NCBI GenBank assembly: GCA_964016885.1
Contig: OZ024740.1
Span: 263,934,001 to 263,998,000 of the forward strand
Direction: 5' to 3'
DNA: 64,000 nt
DNA from: Eledone cirrhosa
Lineage: Eukaryota
Below the pieces are notes generated by a model. That model searched no databases and was not told the DNA's origin. It was given only the letters and a program-made list of their open reading frames with translations. Made by a program: the position numbers and the translations under genes. Shown piece after piece: positions 13,367 through 28,599 of the stretch (positions within the stretch are counted from its first letter, which is position 1; each line of letters opens with the position of its first letter).

Positions 13367-15675
13367 AAAAATCGTGGTCTATTTATTGAATTGGATTTTC
13401 AAAAAACAAAAATGCAGTCTATATGAAAGTGAGGCTGGAGAAGGAAGAAGGAAAGGAAAAATAAAATAAAAAGACACATGCAAACATACACACACACACA
13501 CACGATTATAAACACCAACATATATATATACATACACACATACATACACACACACATATACACATATATATGTGTATATATACATACACATACATATACA
13601 CATACATACATACACACATAAATATCAAGATATCCATACATACACATACATATATACAACCACACACATATATATACACATATATATATAGAAATATAAA
13701 TATATATATATATATGCATACACATTCACATACATAGCCATACACACATACATATACATACATACACACAATCATACGTATATACACACGTACATACAAA
13801 CACATACATATACACATATATACATGCATACATATGCATGTACAATATTAGAAAAATATACACACACCTCTACATATTCACAGACGCAAATAAATATAAT
13901 AAAAAATATATATAAAAAATAATAAAGACAAAAGTTGACAGCGATACAGGCAACAAATAAAGATTATTAAAAACTATAGGGGGGGTGGCAAGACTCTTTG
14001 TGTATATACCTAAGGTTTTCATTCGGTTTATGATAAGGTTTATAAGAGGCGGTAAGTAGATCAAGATTAATATCAAAGAAGTTAGCATTGGTAAGGTTCG
14101 TATCTATAGTGATTTTAAGGTTAAGATTAACAAAGGTATTGCTTAAATCTTTACGGAATTTATCAAGGTTATGGCCGTTGGTGGTATGAGAAACTGCCAA
14201 TTCGTCATCACGGTATAAACCGATATTATGGGAAGGAAATTTCTCTTTGAGGGTGTGGAGAAAGAATAATCCTACTAAGTCACACACATCCGCACTGTCA
14301 TATGAACCCATTGCAACATCAAAAGAGTTTTCAGGGTTTGACTTTTTAACCCAAATATTTTCATTAGTAAAGAGTAAAGTTTTTCTAGCATGAAAGATGT
14401 CTTCTTCTAATTTAGAAATATTAATGAAGGGTCTTGCAAACTCTAAGGCATTAGTTAATAAGGAAACAGTAATAGAGGGGTAAAAATCAACAATATCAAA
14501 TTGGGTAAATCTACACTTATTTTTACCTTGTATATTATTAAACCAAGAAAAAACAGAGGAAGTATTTAGCCACTGTGATAGGTCAGTCTTAGTTCTAAAT
14601 TATTAGTTATAAATTATTTTTCTTAAGATTTTTTTACTTGCAAGGCCAACTTAGGATTTAGCCGGGTTAATCAGACTGATTAACTGATACACAAAGAGTC
14701 TTACCACCCCCTATAGTTTTTAATAATCTTATTCCCAACATTAGCAGTAGGATTTCTACCTTATCTTCGTCTATAGACATTTTTAATAAAGCCGCCCCTT
14801 ATTATTAACAAACCCTTAAGAACAGCGGTTTTACTGAAAAAAATTATTATTTACCTACCCCCTAAAACTAACCACAATAACAGGAAAAGGAAAATTATTT
14901 GGTTTACACCCCACTTCTCTCTAACTGTCAAAACTAATGTAGGAAGGAAATTCCTTGAACTCTTAGATAAAAATTTTCCTACTAATCATAGATATTATGA
15001 GATATTTAATAGGAATGCAATTAAGATCAGTTACTCTTGTTGCCCATCTATGAAGTCCAAGATCACCAATTCAAATCATACGAGAACAAATCCAGGATGC
15101 AGTTGCAGGAAGCCGGATGAATGCCCATTGCAGGGCAAATGTAACACCAAATCTGTTGTTTATGAGGCTAAAATAACACCTTTAATCAACACCAGCCAGC
15201 CAGGAGTGAGCGATATGTCGGCATGACCCAGGACAGGTTTTACTCACATGTCGCTTCTTTTAAGCACTCCGATAAACGAACAACAAGGGCCCTCGCAAGT
15301 AAGATATGGGAATTCAAGGATAAAAACATCCCGTACTCTATCGAGTGGTCTATTTTAGACCATTCGAGGGAGTACTAAAGGGGCACAAAGAATTGTTCTT
15401 TGAACTCCTTCTCTGCTCTTTACTTCTACTACGGTTTATTTACCTGCTGAATCCACGTTCTGTACTCTTGTATTCTCTTTCTCCCTTATCTCCCCTTATA
15501 TTAAACCTTTTCCTATGTCATTTCCACCCCCCCCCCTTTTTTTGCCTTACACTTCACATACCAAAATTTATTTTTTATTTTTAGATATTAATTTTTTATA
15601 TAATGGTTTTGTGTGTTTTTATATAATAGCCTCGGAAAAGGCTTGAGATCTGCTGTAGGGTCAGGCTTCTTTCTA

Positions 15676-15771
<96 letters not shown>

Positions 15772-15908
15772 CGTTTTTGTATGTGTGTTTGTATTTCTGT
15801 GGTTGGGTTTTTGTGTGTGTGTGCGTGTGTATGTATATAATGTTATGTGTGTGTGTGTGCTTGTGTGTATATGTCTAATTGTATTAGGGTGTATGTATGT
15901 GTATGTGT

Positions 15909-15984
<76 letters not shown>

Positions 15985-16176
15985 ATATGTGAGTGTGTGT
16001 ATATTTTAGAGTTAAATAAGCTTCATATGAATTATCTAAGAATGAGTTTTACACATATATATATATATGTGTGTGTTTGTATTTGGTTGTGCGTGTTTGT
16101 GATATGTACGTATTGGTATGTGTATAATTGTATGGCTAATTATGTATGTGTGTGTATGTGTATATATATATGTATT

Positions 16177-16235
<59 letters not shown>

Positions 16236-16584
16236 ATGTATATGTGTGTGTATATGTGTGTGTGTATTTATTTTTACGTATGTATGTGTACGTGCATTTG
16301 TGTGTATTGCTTACCACGTGTGTTTTTTCATTTATTTGTTGCCTGTATCGCTGTCAACTTTTGTCTTTATTATTTTTTATATAAATTTTTTCTTATATTT
16401 ATTTGCGTGTGTCAATATGTAGAGGTGTGTGTATATGTTTCTAATATTGTGCATGTATATGTATGCATGTATATATGTGTGTATGTATGTGTTTGTATGT
16501 ACGTGTGTATATACGTATGATTGTGTGCATGTATGTATGTATGTATATGTATGTGTGTATGGCTATGTATGTGAATGTGTATGC

Positions 16585-16616
<32 letters not shown>

Positions 16617-16779
16617 TTCTATATATATGTGTATATATATATATGTGTGGTTGTATATATGTATGTGTATGTATGGATATGTTGATATTTATGTGTGTAT
16701 GTATGTGTATATGTATGTGTATGTATATATATATACACATATATATGTGTATATGTGTGTGTGTATGTATGTATGTGTG

Positions 16780-16833
<54 letters not shown>

Positions 16834-16981
16834 GATGTATATAATCGTGTGTGTGTTTGTGTATGTTTGCATGTGTGTTTTTATTTTATTTTTCCTTTCC
16901 TACTTCCTTCTCCAGCCTCACTTTCATATAGACTGCATTCTTGATTTATAAAATCCAATTCAATAAATAAACCAGGATTTT

Positions 16982-17040
16982 TTCATTCTGATGATTTAAA
17001 GCAACATTCTTTGCTTTTAAGAAACCACTGGTAAATGGAA
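16982..17040 (+). ncRNA. Type I hammerhead ribozyme in pLTR
   Basis: ttcatt-CTGATGA-tttaaagcaa/cattct/ttgcttttaa-GAAA-ccactgg-TA-aatgga. Confidence 0.85.
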
Positions 17041-17153
17041 TACATGCCTTATGTTGTTTATTACATAACTATTAAGCTCTGTTACCTACAAAGAGCACTC
17101 TTTTTTCCTGGACTTTTCCGACGGAATTACTTCATTCATTCATATATACATAT

Positions 17154-17264
<111 letters not shown>

Positions 17265-17349
17265 CATATATGTATATATATAAATAAATATATGCATGCA
17301 CATGCCTATATATATATATACATATATATATATATACATGTATATGTAA

Positions 17350-17701
17350 AAGGTAAACAGAAATAACAACACAATCGGTACAGTATATGGAAGGTATATA
17401 TTATGTTAACGTTTGATATAGCACGAATAGGGTCTTAACGTTTCGGGCGCTAGTCCTTCATCAGAAGAAAGAATGAGAAATAAAATAGATTGAGGGTAAG
17501 AGCGGGATGGAATTGGAAAAAAATTCTTTAGATAAAAATAACAGGTCCATTCATGTTGACATCTCTTGCAAAACTGTTGGTGCTGGCGTTTTGTGTATAA
17601 TTTGTTTTTTTAGAAAAGTGGATGATGGAGCGCGCCTACCTGAAATGGAAAAAGAAAATGTTTTGTAAAATGAGCTATACTTGAACATGTGCGTAAGCAT
17701 G

Positions 17702-17769
<68 letters not shown>

Positions 17770-18985
17770 TGTGTGTGCGTGTGTATGTGCGTGCGTGTGT
17801 GTGTGTGAGTTATTATAGGTCCGTACGAAGCTAAGAAGAAATGTGTGTGTATATGTGAGTGAAAGTGTGTGTGTGCATATAAGTACGAAGCTATCAGCAA
17901 AAGTATGTTAATATAAGGGTGTGTAAAAGCATGTATTAGTTGTAACAGAGAAAGCGACTGGAATCTGGGGGTGTAATAATGGACGGGTTATTAGAGAAAT
18001 TGAGTAGATGAGTTGAGTCCAAGAGGGGAATAGGACCCAAGGCGGTGAATCAGACATTGTTCAGTCCTGGTGCACGAGGCCTGTGATCCATAATGTAAAA
18101 GGACATCCTGCACTGAAACATGTGGGGAAAAATGACCAGGAGAACAGAAATGACGGGCGACAGGAGTATCCAGACCGAGTCGTATGTCCCTCAAATGTTC
18201 GGCAAAACGCTACGCTATACTGTGTCCCGTTTTTCCGATATATAAAGAACTGGAAAGGGAACACTAGAGCGCATAGATAACGTGGAAGTATGTGCAGGTG
18301 AAGGAATGGCGGAGACGGAAAGACCCGTTAGGGCCTGTAAGAGTGGTGAGGGTGGAAATAAAGGGACACGTGTTGCAGCGGGAACGGGAACAAGGATGAG
18401 AGGCGGGTGGAGTTGTGCGAGAGGACGTAAAGGAACTGCGAACCAGGAGGTCATGGAGGTTGTGGGCGCGCTTAAAAGCAGTAATGGGTGCGTTTGGACA
18501 AAAGCGAGAAGTGACGGGGTGAGAAGAGAGGATACGGAAGGGACGAAGGATATATCCCCGGAGTGGTAGGGTGATGGGGTGGTAGGTGAGAGGGAAAGGA
18601 AAACGGGCATTGGGGGGGGGGGGGGGGTGAAGTGAGAGGTCTGTGGTGCGGTCTGTTTCACGGGCGCGGGTGAGAGCAGCTAGGATCAAGGTGGGGGATA
18701 TCCACGCTTGATGAAGCAGGAAGCCATGCGAAGGGAATGGGGTTTCGAAATCGTCGTCCTGGCTACAGAGTCGACGAAGACGTAGGATTGGGATTAGGGT
18801 ATGGAGTGTTTGGTGTGGGTTGGATGGGAGGAGGTGAAGTCGAGATAGGATTGGGAGTCTGTTGGTTTAATGAAGATGGAAGTAGAGAGTATGTGGTGAG
18901 AGTGATTAATAGATAGAGAGATATCTAGAAAAGCGACAGAAGAATCGGAGACGGAGGCAGTGAAATTGAGAGCAGACTCAAGTAG
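17350..18985 (-). mobile_element. 5'-truncated Penelope-like element (RT thumb, Cys linker, GIY-YIG, 3' UTR)
   Basis: VAFLDISL..KPTDSQSYLDFTSSHP; PITAFKRAHNLHDLLVRS; CSRSRCNTCPFI; RDIR..TPVARHF; PLGLN. Confidence 0.9.
17433..17468 (-). ncRNA. Minimal type I hammerhead (dimer-type stem III)
   Basis: tctt-CTGATGA-aggactagcgccc-GAAA-cg-TT-aaga with palindromic ACGT; weak stem II. Confidence 0.65.
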
Positions 18986-19569
18986 CAACGTGCTACAGCA
19001 TTTATTATACATATTTATTATACATATTTCTTCTAGATGTCACTGTGTATATCGCCACTGAATGCCTCTCCTTCGAGATCTTCAAATGATCAATCATACA
19101 TTGTGAGTGTGTGTATGTGTGGATATATTTGTTTTCGGTGCTCACATTTTTGTGTGGGTTGGTGTATACCAAAGAGTATACTTCTCTGTCATATGATTAA
19201 ACTTTAGAACCACTATATGGAACATCAAGGCTGTATGTTACATTTTACAACGTTCATAGAAATGAAATGGAAATTCTGTAGGTTTTTGAATTGTACCTTA
19301 AATTGGAATTACTTTACTTCAGTGCCGTTTTCATGAAAATTCCTCAAAATAAATTAAGCATTTGAGATGAAATCAGTATTTTAATTTAATTCCTTTTTAA
19401 ATAGTCACAATATTATGAGTGCATGTCCTCTAACTCCTGGGGAAATCCTGGGGTCGCCGCAATTATATACGGCATATCTAGGGCATTTTAAACTTGACAG
19501 CCCCTCTTCTACATATCTGCACACAGAAAGTTAGAATGTGAGAGACAGGAAGTGAGGAATATATATGGA

Positions 19570-19732
19570 GGACAAATCGACTCCAGTACATGGCTGGTAC
19601 TTTTTTATCGACCTCGAAATGTTGAAAGACAAGATTGACCTCAGCAAGATTTGAACTCAGGGAGCAAAAGCCAAAACAAATAGAGCAAAGCACCGTCTCC
19701 AACGTTCTAACGACTCTGCCAATTCGGCGCCT
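19570..19732 (-). mobile_element. tRNA-derived SINE
   Basis: On - strand, A-box-like TGGCAGAGTCG and B-box-like GAGTTCAAATC; body similar to 55962-56158. Confidence 0.75.
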
Positions 19733-20476
19733 CACCAGAATAGTATAACGTGCACCAAATAGTTTACAAAAACATCGATGGCTTACTCCCACCAGGAACT
19801 CATAATAATTAATGCTTCAGACGTCAATCTCTTGATATTTCAAACTGCATTTTACGACATACAACCAGAGTGTGCTCAGAAGGTGGATAAAACAAATAGC
19901 TCAGTAATATATTTAAAGTTTATATTTTTTAATCATGGACACTGAGATTATACTTCATCACGTCCAGCTTGATGTTTTGGAAAACAATATGTTCTAATTT
20001 ATATTTCGAGTCTCGGGCGTGTGGGTTTTGTGGATATTGCTGCTATATCTAACACCATGAGCAGAACATTTAAAGAGAATGACGCTTAAACTGATTCAAT
20101 GTTTGATAAAACTTACAAGTATTCGAAATGCGATATTTATATATATTTATATTTATAATCTAGCATGCATTTTAAACATTTGTTAGCCTGTAGAAGAAGA
20201 AAACATTTACAAATAATCATGTCTTTCGATGAAGGTTAATAACTGAGATATATATTTTATTTATTGATAACTTGTAGCTAGGTTATAAATTTAGTATAAC
20301 ATTTATTGATATTATGCTTTCATATAACATATAAGGCATTGTAAGTTTTGAGTTTAGAATTATGCGTATGCCCCGACTACACATCTTACAAGTTAGGCAC
20401 TATAACATTACAACATAGAATCGACTTGACATAGAATATAATCTCGACAACACGCATGTACACACACACGTACACA

Positions 20477-20594
<118 letters not shown>

Positions 20595-23500
20595 CATATT
20601 GTCTTTATACTGCTATATTCAAAATTAGTAGGTGCCAATATTACTTCAAAGATAAATTTGCAGCTAGACTAAAGTCAAGTTTCCTAGTACACACTCTATT
20701 GACAGCGGAAGTATGATGATCAAAGATGACATAGAGAGGCTCAATTTGGGAACTCGAACGATTCATACTATCCAAAGACTATAGTCCCTATATGAATAGT
20801 TCTGAAGAATGTTGCCATAATTCTGTATTGGACATTTTATAATTGTTCGGAATATAAATTGTAAGTTTTTGTTTGAAAAAAATCTCTTTAATTTCTGTAT
20901 TTCTTATTTCTTGCAGATCTACATCATCCAGGTTATGGATTCTGTTACGAGAAAATCTACTGGAAGAAATTGCTTCTAAATCAGACAATATTTTTGTGTT
21001 TTTTTTCTTTGCTGATATCAGCTGCTTAATTGTGATGAAACAATTGTAGTCTATTTCCTTCTTACTATTCCTTATATTTCTTACACGCTCTACAAATTGT
21101 CTAAAAAAAGATTTTGCTGACATAGAATTATATGTGAAACGTAGGTAAAATATGCCACTATTTTATCGACGTAGATAACTCTCTTCAGATTAAATTCAAC
21201 AATTATACACACCCTCGCTCATATAGTATTTGACTGAAGGGAATCAGATTTTCGTCACCAACCTTATGTAGTATACAAGGATAAGTTCATTTGTTATTGT
21301 ACTTTCTTCCCTCTTGTTTATCCAGTTCTTTGGATTTATAGCTAGTGGAATATTGTAATACAATTAGAGTCATTATGACATGGCTGTTGAGACAGCAGAT
21401 AAGATTGAACCAGTTTAACTAGATGTCCATTAACTCTACGTCTGGGCATTACATTGTTATATGTAAAACTATTTGTAATTCATACTGGCTTCTGTATACT
21501 TAATTTGTTTTCTATTCTGCTATAGAACTACGAGAAGAACTAAAAAATCATACTAATAGCACAATCCATCAAGCTCAGCGTTTGTTAATTCTGATGATCT
21601 AAAAGGAACAACGTATATGAAAATGGTGGCATTTTTTTTACAGATATATAGTTGTAGATGTTTCATTATTTTGGAAACGCATTCTGTAAACAAAGTTTGG
21701 AAATGTGTATTTGATCAGATCAAAAAATAAAACATTGTTACAAAAAGAAACAATAATTATTGTTTTTTCTAAAATTATGACAAATCTTTATGTCATTCAG
21801 ATATTACTTTAAGCAATAGGCTAGGATGTGTTTCCTCTATGTGTGATATATCACAATAAAAGTTTAACTTAATCACCATGAGTATTGTTAGGTCTATTAC
21901 TTATGCCAGTGGTTTATCAGAAGGGGTTCATTATCGGCCTTGTCATATTGTTACTATTCAATACAAAACCTGCCAGTTTATCTTCAAAATCCGAGCCTAT
22001 ACATCGGACAGCTGTACAAATGTATGTTTTTTTATAATGTTAAACGTTCTTAGTGGGTACTTTGAAAAGCACCTAGTCAGACAATACCAGTGATTAAACT
22101 CTGCAGGCATCAGATATGTAATGCAACAACAATTGCAGATATGTTTCTTTGCACAAACCTGACTAAAGTCCAAGCTATTGTTATAGCATTAGGAACGTTA
22201 ATGTCCTTGAGAAAAAGCTACTTTTTGAGGTTTATACTTGAAATAAAATATTTCTGAAGTTGTTTACTATATTAACCGTGAGCGAGAACTAACTCCTGAA
22301 ACATTTGCTGAGCTAATTCATACGAAATAACCCATTATTGTTGACAACGTATGACAGAGGAAGAACATACTGCCAATCCTAGAGCATTAAAAGGTGGAAA
22401 CAAATATGTGTATGTTACATTATGTGATACCAAAATAAAAATAAGCAACTACAAAAAGAAAAGAAAAACATGTATTTTGTATAAAATACAATGGCATGGT
22501 TACATTTATATTTCAGCTTTACGAACGTCCATCTGAAATCATTCTATTAAAGAAATCTAAAGCTACATATTTTCTATTATATAAATGAAATTATATAGAA
22601 CAATAAAACGAAAGAATTAACTCTATTTTTGTAAATGGCATTGCACATTTTTCTTCAAGCTTTGGAAAAATATTTAGGTAATGCTAACAATATTGCTGTG
22701 AAAATCATAACAGAATTTTGTCGTAGTTTAGGTATTTTTACATATACAAATATTCGCATACGCACACAAACACACACATACGTATGTATGTATGTTCTTC
22801 AGTTTTCATAAATTCATAAGTTTTACGAATAGAGTAGGTTTGTAACATAAACACAAGTCTCTTTCATTAGAATTTAGACATCAACTAGGTAAATATGTAT
22901 GCATGTCTACCTGCGTGCGTGTGTGTGTTTGTCTTTGTGAGTGTGTGTGCATGTATGGAGATTGTTGTATGTGTGTATGTCTTGAGTTATACGTGTGCAC
23001 GTGCATATTTGTTGTATCATGTGTATATGCAGTTATTACAGGTAGCATTTTCGGAATGTTATACATATTTTTAGAGTTCCATTAATGGATTGTACTTGTA
23101 CCTTCTTAATTAGGCGTATTTTGTCTGTTTCAGTGAAGCCTAGATTCTCAGGATTTGTGCTGAGGCAGTTAGTAACTTATCCTAGAGTCCCAATAATCAT
23201 AGGTATAAGTCTGAAGATATAGTCATGGTTGAGTAACAGCAGATTTCTCATTAGTTCTGCATGTATGCATGTATGCATGTATGTATGGCATTATTTACGG
23301 TAATCATTTTAGAAAAATGAGCTATGCTAAGAAATTCATCTGACATTATTCTGATGAATTTCAGACATAATTTTGATCCCATTAAATAAAACCTATGATT
23401 CCGTGTCTGCGATATATATCAACGTAATTAGATCAATATAAAATATATATTTAGTACAAAGCATATATCTTTGAAGATTTAGAGGAAACTAAGATAGATA

Positions 23501-23767
23501 AAAGTAGTGTCTTTGCATTAGAAGCCTTATCTTAGTACGAATGAATTCTGAGGTTAAACATCTTTCAAATATACTTCCATCACCCAGAGGGGGTATTTAA
23601 ATTATAATTCATAATTAGGAAACCTATCAGACGTTTCTAAATATGTATGTACGTATGTATGTATGTATGCATGTATGTATGTATTTATGTATGAATGTAT
23701 GTATGTGTGCATGTATGTATGCATGTATGTATGTATTCATGCATGTTATGTATATAGGTACGTATGC

Positions 23768-23950
23768 ATACGAGGTTTGTCCACGAAGTAAAGGTAGTGA
23801 TGTTTTATTTAAATGTATATTAGATGCACATGATATTACAAGATATCTCCTTCAACATATGACCCTTCGGAAGTCATCCAGCGGTTCCGACGTATTTCCA
23901 TTGATTGTAGCAGTACGAAATGTATCATGTGAAATAGTATGAGATTGTGG
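23768..23950. mobile_element. Possible Tc1/mariner end fragment
   Basis: Begins TA-CGAGGTTTGTCC, resembling mariner TIRs; no partner TIR found. Confidence 0.3.
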
Positions 23951-24414
23951 ACGATTGATATCAGTATCTAGGTATATTCATTCACACACCCACCCACACC
24001 CACACACACACGCATACATACACACACACCCACACATACATCATTTAATTTCGTTGAATTTTAGACTTTACAAAGAAAACATGACCAGTATTCAAACGCT
24101 ATTTGAAAATGTTTCGTTTATTATAATACATATTGCCAAAATAGTGTTGATATTATTAAGTAAAGTCTATAAAAACGTTTTTCAATATATATTAGGTGGG
24201 TTGTTTTCTCACTTTCAGTAACACACTCAGGTTCTATAGGATAGTATTTTGAAGCAGCTATCATTTTTTCTTAAATAATTTTGATAATATATGGAGATTT
24301 TAGCAAATGTCTATAGGCAAATAATTATTTAGCTTTTCTGTCTTGGGAAGGCGAATATGTACACCATAATAATATAGAGTACTACAACTGAGTAAGTGTA
24401 AGTCTAAAGAATTG

Positions 24415-24469
<55 letters not shown>

Positions 24470-24632
24470 TTTATGTCCAATTGGTGTTTTGAATAGTTCT
24501 TATTAAACCTCAATCTTATTTCTCTTCCCGTCTCAAATCTTTAGTTAAAAACTACATTTCCTCTATTCAGGGAGAAGGGGGTCTTTCCTTTTGTTGATTT
24601 TAAACTATATATCTATATCTATACATATATAA

Positions 24633-24720
<88 letters not shown>

Positions 24721-25813
24721 TGAGAGAGAGAGAGAAAAAGGTGAAACAAAGATAGAACGAGTGAGTGAGATTTACAATTTTTCTTTATCAGATACAAATT
24801 TTCATTGTCTGGATATTTGCATATTAATCGAGGGTGAAATTTTTTCTCACACTGCCTCTAATGTTCACGTACATCTTGTTCTGGTACTGTATTATTTTAT
24901 AATACTTTTCGATTCACATTGCACGGTGTCACTGTTCTTTCTCTATCACATTACCAAACAATTTGCGTTCAGGGCTGTTTCCTTTTTTAGTTTCAATCGT
25001 CGGTTCGAATATGCATTCTCACTATGATTTCGTTCTTTAAACAAATATCTATGTATACACAGATACATATATTCTCATACCTACCCGACATGCAATATTA
25101 TATAATTGTAATATTCAACCTCGGTCTAACACTCTATCAATAGAATTTCTTTTTTACTTATATTTTACCTATCTGATATTTTATATAAATACAGTCTTAC
25201 ACATGCATATTTTAAAATATATACTATTGCCTTATAAATATCCAAGACATGGAGCGCAGAGGACAGGAACAACAGAAAAAACAACGGAAAATACAGACCT
25301 TCTCCTCAGTCAACTTCTGGAAATCACTATGGATTCAGTTAATCAAGCCCAATACTGCGATAGTCTTGTGTTTACTCGACAATACACGGTATTCAGGTAA
25401 TTGAAATAGCACCTACTTTCTTTAACATAATATTTATTATTTTATCGAGAAAAATGTCATTCTGCATCATTTATATATTTCCTAAGATTGTTAGTGTTGT
25501 AAGTGACATAGATCTCCTCATAGCCTAGACTTGTCATTTAGTCTCAATGAAAATGTACCTCTGCTTCAATAGTGTCCCTATAATTATTAATAAATATATT
25601 ATTTTGACATTTTACTCCAAAAATATTAGAAGATGAGAGACACATTCCTTTAAATATGTATGGCTTTAAACATTTAGGTGTAGGTGGGTGTAACGAAAAT
25701 CTAAAAAAAGAAAATAGATTTACTATAAGAAATACATTATCCTAACGAATCAAATCATAAGAGATATGACTCGGAAATTTCATTGCGGACTTGAAATTTC
25801 ATTGCAATATCTT

Positions 25814-26140
25814 GATGTACCCAATACTTTCACATGGACTCCGTGAGAGAAGAGTTTGATAATATTTCAAACCAACTCTTATGGTAAAAGCATGAGAAGG
25901 TGAACTCTAGTTATCCTACGTTCTGAGAAGGAATAATGGGTGTTGAACAACTGGAATTGTATGCAGAAGCATTTCAGAAATATATTATTTTATAGAATAC
26001 TTGATACAGAAGAATGTGATGCACCGAATACTTTCGCAGGTATTCCACGAGTAAATAGTTTGATAATATTGCAAGCTGATTCTTATAGAAAAGGCAGGAG
26101 CAGGTTGAACTCTTGTCAGCCTACGTTTTGGGAATGAATG
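25814..26140. repeat. Diverged tandem duplication, about 120 bp at 204-bp spacing
   Basis: gatgtacccaatactttc..agtttgataatatt..gaactct..cctacgtt at 25814 and gatgcaccgaatactttc.. at 26018. Confidence 0.7.
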
Positions 26141-27117
26141 ATGTGTATAGAACGACTGTGTTTGGAGCTGCAAATAGACTTGTATGCAGGAGCATTAATA
26201 TTTTATGTCTCATCAAAGCAATGTAGAGTGTCAGATTTTTTAGTTTTGGAAACTAGTTTATGGCTCTGAAGACAAAATTTGACAGTGATTTACCAATATC
26301 CTGAACTAGTATTTGGTGTCCCACTATGAAACATTGCGATTAAAATTGTATGAACACACCTATCAGATGCAAAGCTCAGACGAATTAAGTAAGCTACGCA
26401 TATAAGAGTGCACTCCCATTGATTGGAATAAAAAAGCTTCACAGCCTAGCGACTGGTGATAATATAAGTATACATATTCAAAATTCACGAAGGGACGTGA
26501 ATCTGTTTGCAATAGAATACAGGAATATAATAATAATTACTTAGTGACGGGGTAGTAAAAGAATGCAAACAGATACACACGCACATAATTTGGAGGAGAG
26601 AAAAGACATAAAGACGCATATTCATGCACAGACACACATACACACATGCATGCAGTTGCCAAACACATAAACATTTGGAAATAGCTGTAGCTAGAAACAC
26701 CCACACAGACACAAGCGGACCCACATGGGGAAGCGACGTACACATCAGAAAAAGACAAGATAGAGTAAATACAAGAGAAGAATACAGAGGAATCAAAGAA
26801 GAGCAAGTATAAATATTGAGGTCACAGGAAGTGCGAACAAGCAGCTTTTACACTTATAGACGACATTAAACAAATATTCGCTTACTAAACTAACCGCATA
26901 ATGGATTAATGTCCTAACTAATGATAAAACTCAAGTAAATTTAAAATTGTACGTCGGTTGTTAGTGGCAGTACGAGCCTCGCAATTTATAAAAATTGTTG
27001 TAGAAATATCGTATACTTTTTTCTCAAGAATACTATATCAAGGACCCACTGGACAATACATACATACACACACTCACACACGCACACATACATACACACA
27101 CACACACATACACACAT

Positions 27118-27177
<60 letters not shown>

Positions 27178-27351
27178 ATATATATATATATACATGTGTG
27201 TGTGTGTGTATGTATAGTGACAAAGGAGAGGGAATTAAAATGAAAACACAAAGATAAACTTGAATGCAAACACTACAAAAGAGGGAAAGGGCAATAAAGA
27301 CATAAAAGAATGGGAAATAGGGTATTCAATAATTTGTACCAATATCGTATA

Positions 27352-27401
<50 letters not shown>

Positions 27402-27404
27402 TTA

Positions 27405-27942
27405 GATTCTGTGAGCTAATTAATTGTAAATGACTCTTTGAGTGTATACTCTAAATATAATATATTACTGCTCCCTCGGGTGAGCTAATTTTTAATCCCA
27501 TATAAACGGCTGTTATTTCTAGCGCCATGAGTATGAGATAGGCTAGTGAGCTGGAAGAAACGAGTGCAAAAGCTCGTGCGTTTGTGCTCGTAAACCAGAC
27601 CTTCAACATTTTTTCGAGGTGAAGTAACCTAATTTTTCTGGGTACCTATTGATAAGCACAGAAAATTGATTATTTCTCTTTTATACCATCGTTTGCGAAA
27701 CCTATTTTGATTTTGAGGTTCAGATTGATCTGCGGAAAAGGTTTGAATTTTAAAATTAAAATTTGTCTAGGTACCACGGCTATTTGCCAATATGAGTTTG
27801 TGTATATTGATTTATTATTTTTTAAATCGATACAGGCAGGCTATATTTATTTGAATTAGTTTGTTTCATTCTAGCTAACTTTTGTCTTTTACTATGCAAA
27901 CACTTAGGTGTTTATCATATATTAATTTATATTAACTTGTAT
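27405..27942 (+). mobile_element. Near-monomer of the 545-bp hammerhead-containing repeat (retrozyme-like), between (TA)n tracts
   Basis: Diverged reverse-complement homologue of 35818-36885. Confidence 0.75.
27641..27775 (+). ncRNA. Type I hammerhead with variant UUGAUAA (U3-A8) core and long stem III
   Basis: ggtaccta-TTGATAA-gca...tgc-GAAA-c[long hairpin]g-TC-taggtacc; 8-bp stem I; GUC triplet at 27765-27767. Confidence 0.7.
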
Positions 27943-28033
27943 ATATATATATACATATATATATAAATATGTGTGTATGTATGTATCTATCTCTTTCTCT
28001 CTCTCTCCCTCACTCACACTCTCTCTCTCTCTC

Positions 28034-28073
<40 letters not shown>

Positions 28074-28346
28074 CATATATACATATGAGAATAAGTTAGA
28101 AGATAGTTAGAAAAGTTCCGTGTAATTTATTATGCGCATTTCAAAAACAAGTATCATCCAGCGACGATATTTGCGTTCTCATCCGATAAAATAGGGAGAC
28201 ATGATATGAAGCTTAAAAAAGACACTTGTGAGCAAAGTAGTGTCTAATTACTTCTCATATATACTCCAGTTCAATAGACTGTTGAATGCTACTTATCCGA
28301 TATTTGCATTGCTTTATTGTGCCACAATAAAACCCACCTCCTACAT

Positions 28347-28475
<129 letters not shown>

Positions 28476-28519
28476 GACGTAAAGTAAGAAAATTATAAAA
28501 ATTAACTTACTAAAATATC

Positions 28520-28599
28520 ACTCCTACTAATTAGTTTCTGAAAGGGAATAAACATGGTTTCCGAATGGAACATGGAGAATACCTTTCGTCATCAGGAGT
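28520..28599 (-). ncRNA. Type I hammerhead in a solo pLTR-like repeat (about 28472-28870)
   Basis: actc-CTGATGA-cgaaagg...cctttca-GAAA-ctaattag-TA-ggagt; palindromic stem III ACTAATTAGT. Confidence 0.75.

Larger units (their letters stand above)
13276..17135. mobile_element. Rearranged Penelope-like element: RT on - (13962-14680), linker/GIY-YIG on + (14687-15400), inverted pLTRs (13276-13961 and 16331-17072)
   Basis: MGSYDSADVCDLVGL..GLYRDD..NFFDINLDL..YKPYHKPN; WFTPHFS; CSCRKPDECPLQGKC..SVVYEA; about 700-bp inverted repeats rich in microsatellites. Confidence 0.9.

Noticed and set aside
20788-21123. 111-aa minus-strand ORF
   Set aside because: No recognisable motif; could be chance or antisense to the + strand exon candidate.
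21590-23370. Isolated CTGATGA words (21591, 23351; also 46177)
   Set aside because: No flanking stems in hammerhead arrangement; expected by chance.
25814-26140. TTGATAA...GAAA in the 204-bp duplication as a hammerhead
   Set aside because: No valid UH site or stem III next to the putative stem I.
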